DNA of 64,000 nucleotides from NCBI GenBank assembly GCA_000320545.1, contig ADNK01000979.1, forward strand, positions 38,805-102,804, in the 5' to 3' direction. How positions within the stretch are numbered: position 1 is the first letter of the stretch; each line of letters begins with the position of its first letter. This document shows, piece by piece, positions 62,851 through 64,000 of this stretch. Under the pieces are notes generated by a model that saw nothing but the letters and a program-made list of their open reading frames with translations, was not told the origin of the DNA and did not search any database. The position numbers and the translations under genes are program-made. The stretch is from Bigelowiella natans CCMP2755 (taxonomy: Eukaryota > Protista > Cercozoa).

Positions 62851-64000
62851 TGTTATTGCGATGAGTCTTGTTTGTTGTTGCTGCTGCTATTATTACTTTA
62901 TGAACCACTGAGCGCAGTGTGCAACAACGCACCGTTCGCCTGCACAACACATAATCATTCACTGATCTCATACTTCATTACTTTTAATCATTAATCACAT
63001 GTCTTATCAGGCAGCAGCCTCCAAGCGACAGCAGGGATACTATTTATCATCATCACCATCATCATCATTAATCCTTTCTTCTTCTTCTTCTTCTTCTTCT
63101 TCTTCTTCTTCTTCTCTAAATTCTCCCTTGAAACGACGTAAGAGCTTGTCGTCGGTATGGTACGGACAACAAACATCTTCAAAACTACTCCTCGGTGTGT
63201 TTTTTGGGAAATAATAATAAGAGTCAACAGCCATGCAGAACAAGATTTCGGGTGCTCCTCTACCCCCCCTCCCCGCCACCCCGCCCCCCTCCCCCTCCTC
63301 TTCCTCCTCACCAGTCCTGGACACAACAAGCTCTTCGGGCTCATAAAACTCAACCATCCTGCCATTATTTCCACTGTGCTTTGACATAATCATCTCAAGG
63401 CACTTCGCGTCATCACGCTCGGCAGTAGCGGAAGTAAGGTTGTTGTTGCTGCTAATGTTCTTACTCCTTGTCGTCTGTGGGGAGGAAACGATGATAGCAG
63501 TACCTGAATGGTATTATCAAAAATGATGATGAGAGGCGGCGAAATCATATAGTGATAATACAGAGTAAGTCGAACGCTCTTATGATCTCAATGTATGTTA
63601 AAAAATTCTCGATATTCAACTGTTGGATGGATCCTGTGCCGCACCAGGCTGCTAATCATCGTCGTATTCATCACTCTACTCAGTTTCATATATCCTCCTC
63701 CTCCTCCCCCTCCTCCTCGTCCCTCGTTCCCTTCCTCCTCCATGCAAAAGCACCCACCTTTATTGACATCAATCCTCTCTGATAGCCGGATTTTGGCTGT
63801 GTTGTATTTGAATCCTTCCGGAGCTCTTGCGGTGCGGTTGAGAAAGCAGCTTGCAGGGATCTTTCCTAATGAATAATCGGACATATCTACGATCCTGCCC
63901 CCGCCCTCTATCTCATCCGAGATCTTTACGAATCTGATGCCTTGGTAATAGAGATTGCGTGCTGCATTTGACGACATGATCCAAACTTCCTCCTCCTCCT
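54946..64000 (-). CDS. LARS1: Cytosolic leucyl-tRNA synthetase, 3' portion; the gene continues beyond the window
   Basis: EFYEPEELVVSRTG; EWSCSRRFGLG; IPWD..VID|SLSDSTIYMAYYTIAH; MKEEFDYW; KMSKSTGNF; YGADAVRFAL|ADAGD; SPITPHICEH; C-terminal GKPTI. Confidence 0.92.

Noticed and set aside
1-64000. CRISPR arrays, tRNA, rRNA or snoRNA genes
   Set aside because: No repeat-spacer array or tRNA/rRNA signature seen. Intronic snoRNAs cannot be excluded without a covariance-model search.

Overview
Gene-dense eukaryotic nuclear DNA from a flagellated protist. Evidence: GT-AG introns full of (GT)n/(TA)n/(GA)n microsatellites, plus BBS12-like and IQCH-like genes. The taxon cannot be fixed from this window. 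About 13 intact, mostly spliced genes lie almost strictly in alternating orientation: coiled-coil protein(-), degenerate kinesin(+), WDR75/UTP17(-), NudC/CS-domain protein(+), LSM12(-), Ulp/SENP protease(+), IQCH-like(+), eIF2B-delta(-), EMC8/9(+), BBS12-like(+), G-patch protein(-), SUMO-like-domain protein(+) and the 3' part of cytosolic LeuRS(-). A very young Ty3/Gypsy LTR retrotransposon (24041-29519, 326-bp LTRs, 4-bp TSD) sits just upstream of IQCH. Two signals stand out. (1) The spacers downstream of gene 3' ends, and the gene relics in them, carry a sharp compositional signature: TpA is depleted (almost absent in the three strongest tracts), TpG/CpA are abundant, and surviving TpA is mostly in CTAG. 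This suggests a localized, context-specific TpA->TpG/CpA mutation or modification system, like RIP in reverse. (2) The Gypsy Pol ends, where a chromodomain would normally be, in a domain resembling a degenerate DIRS-type N6-adenine methyltransferase. The element also has an in-frame TGA after the protease, a shortened D(27)E integrase and an internal PPT copy. Exon boundaries and all counts were read by eye and are approximate.
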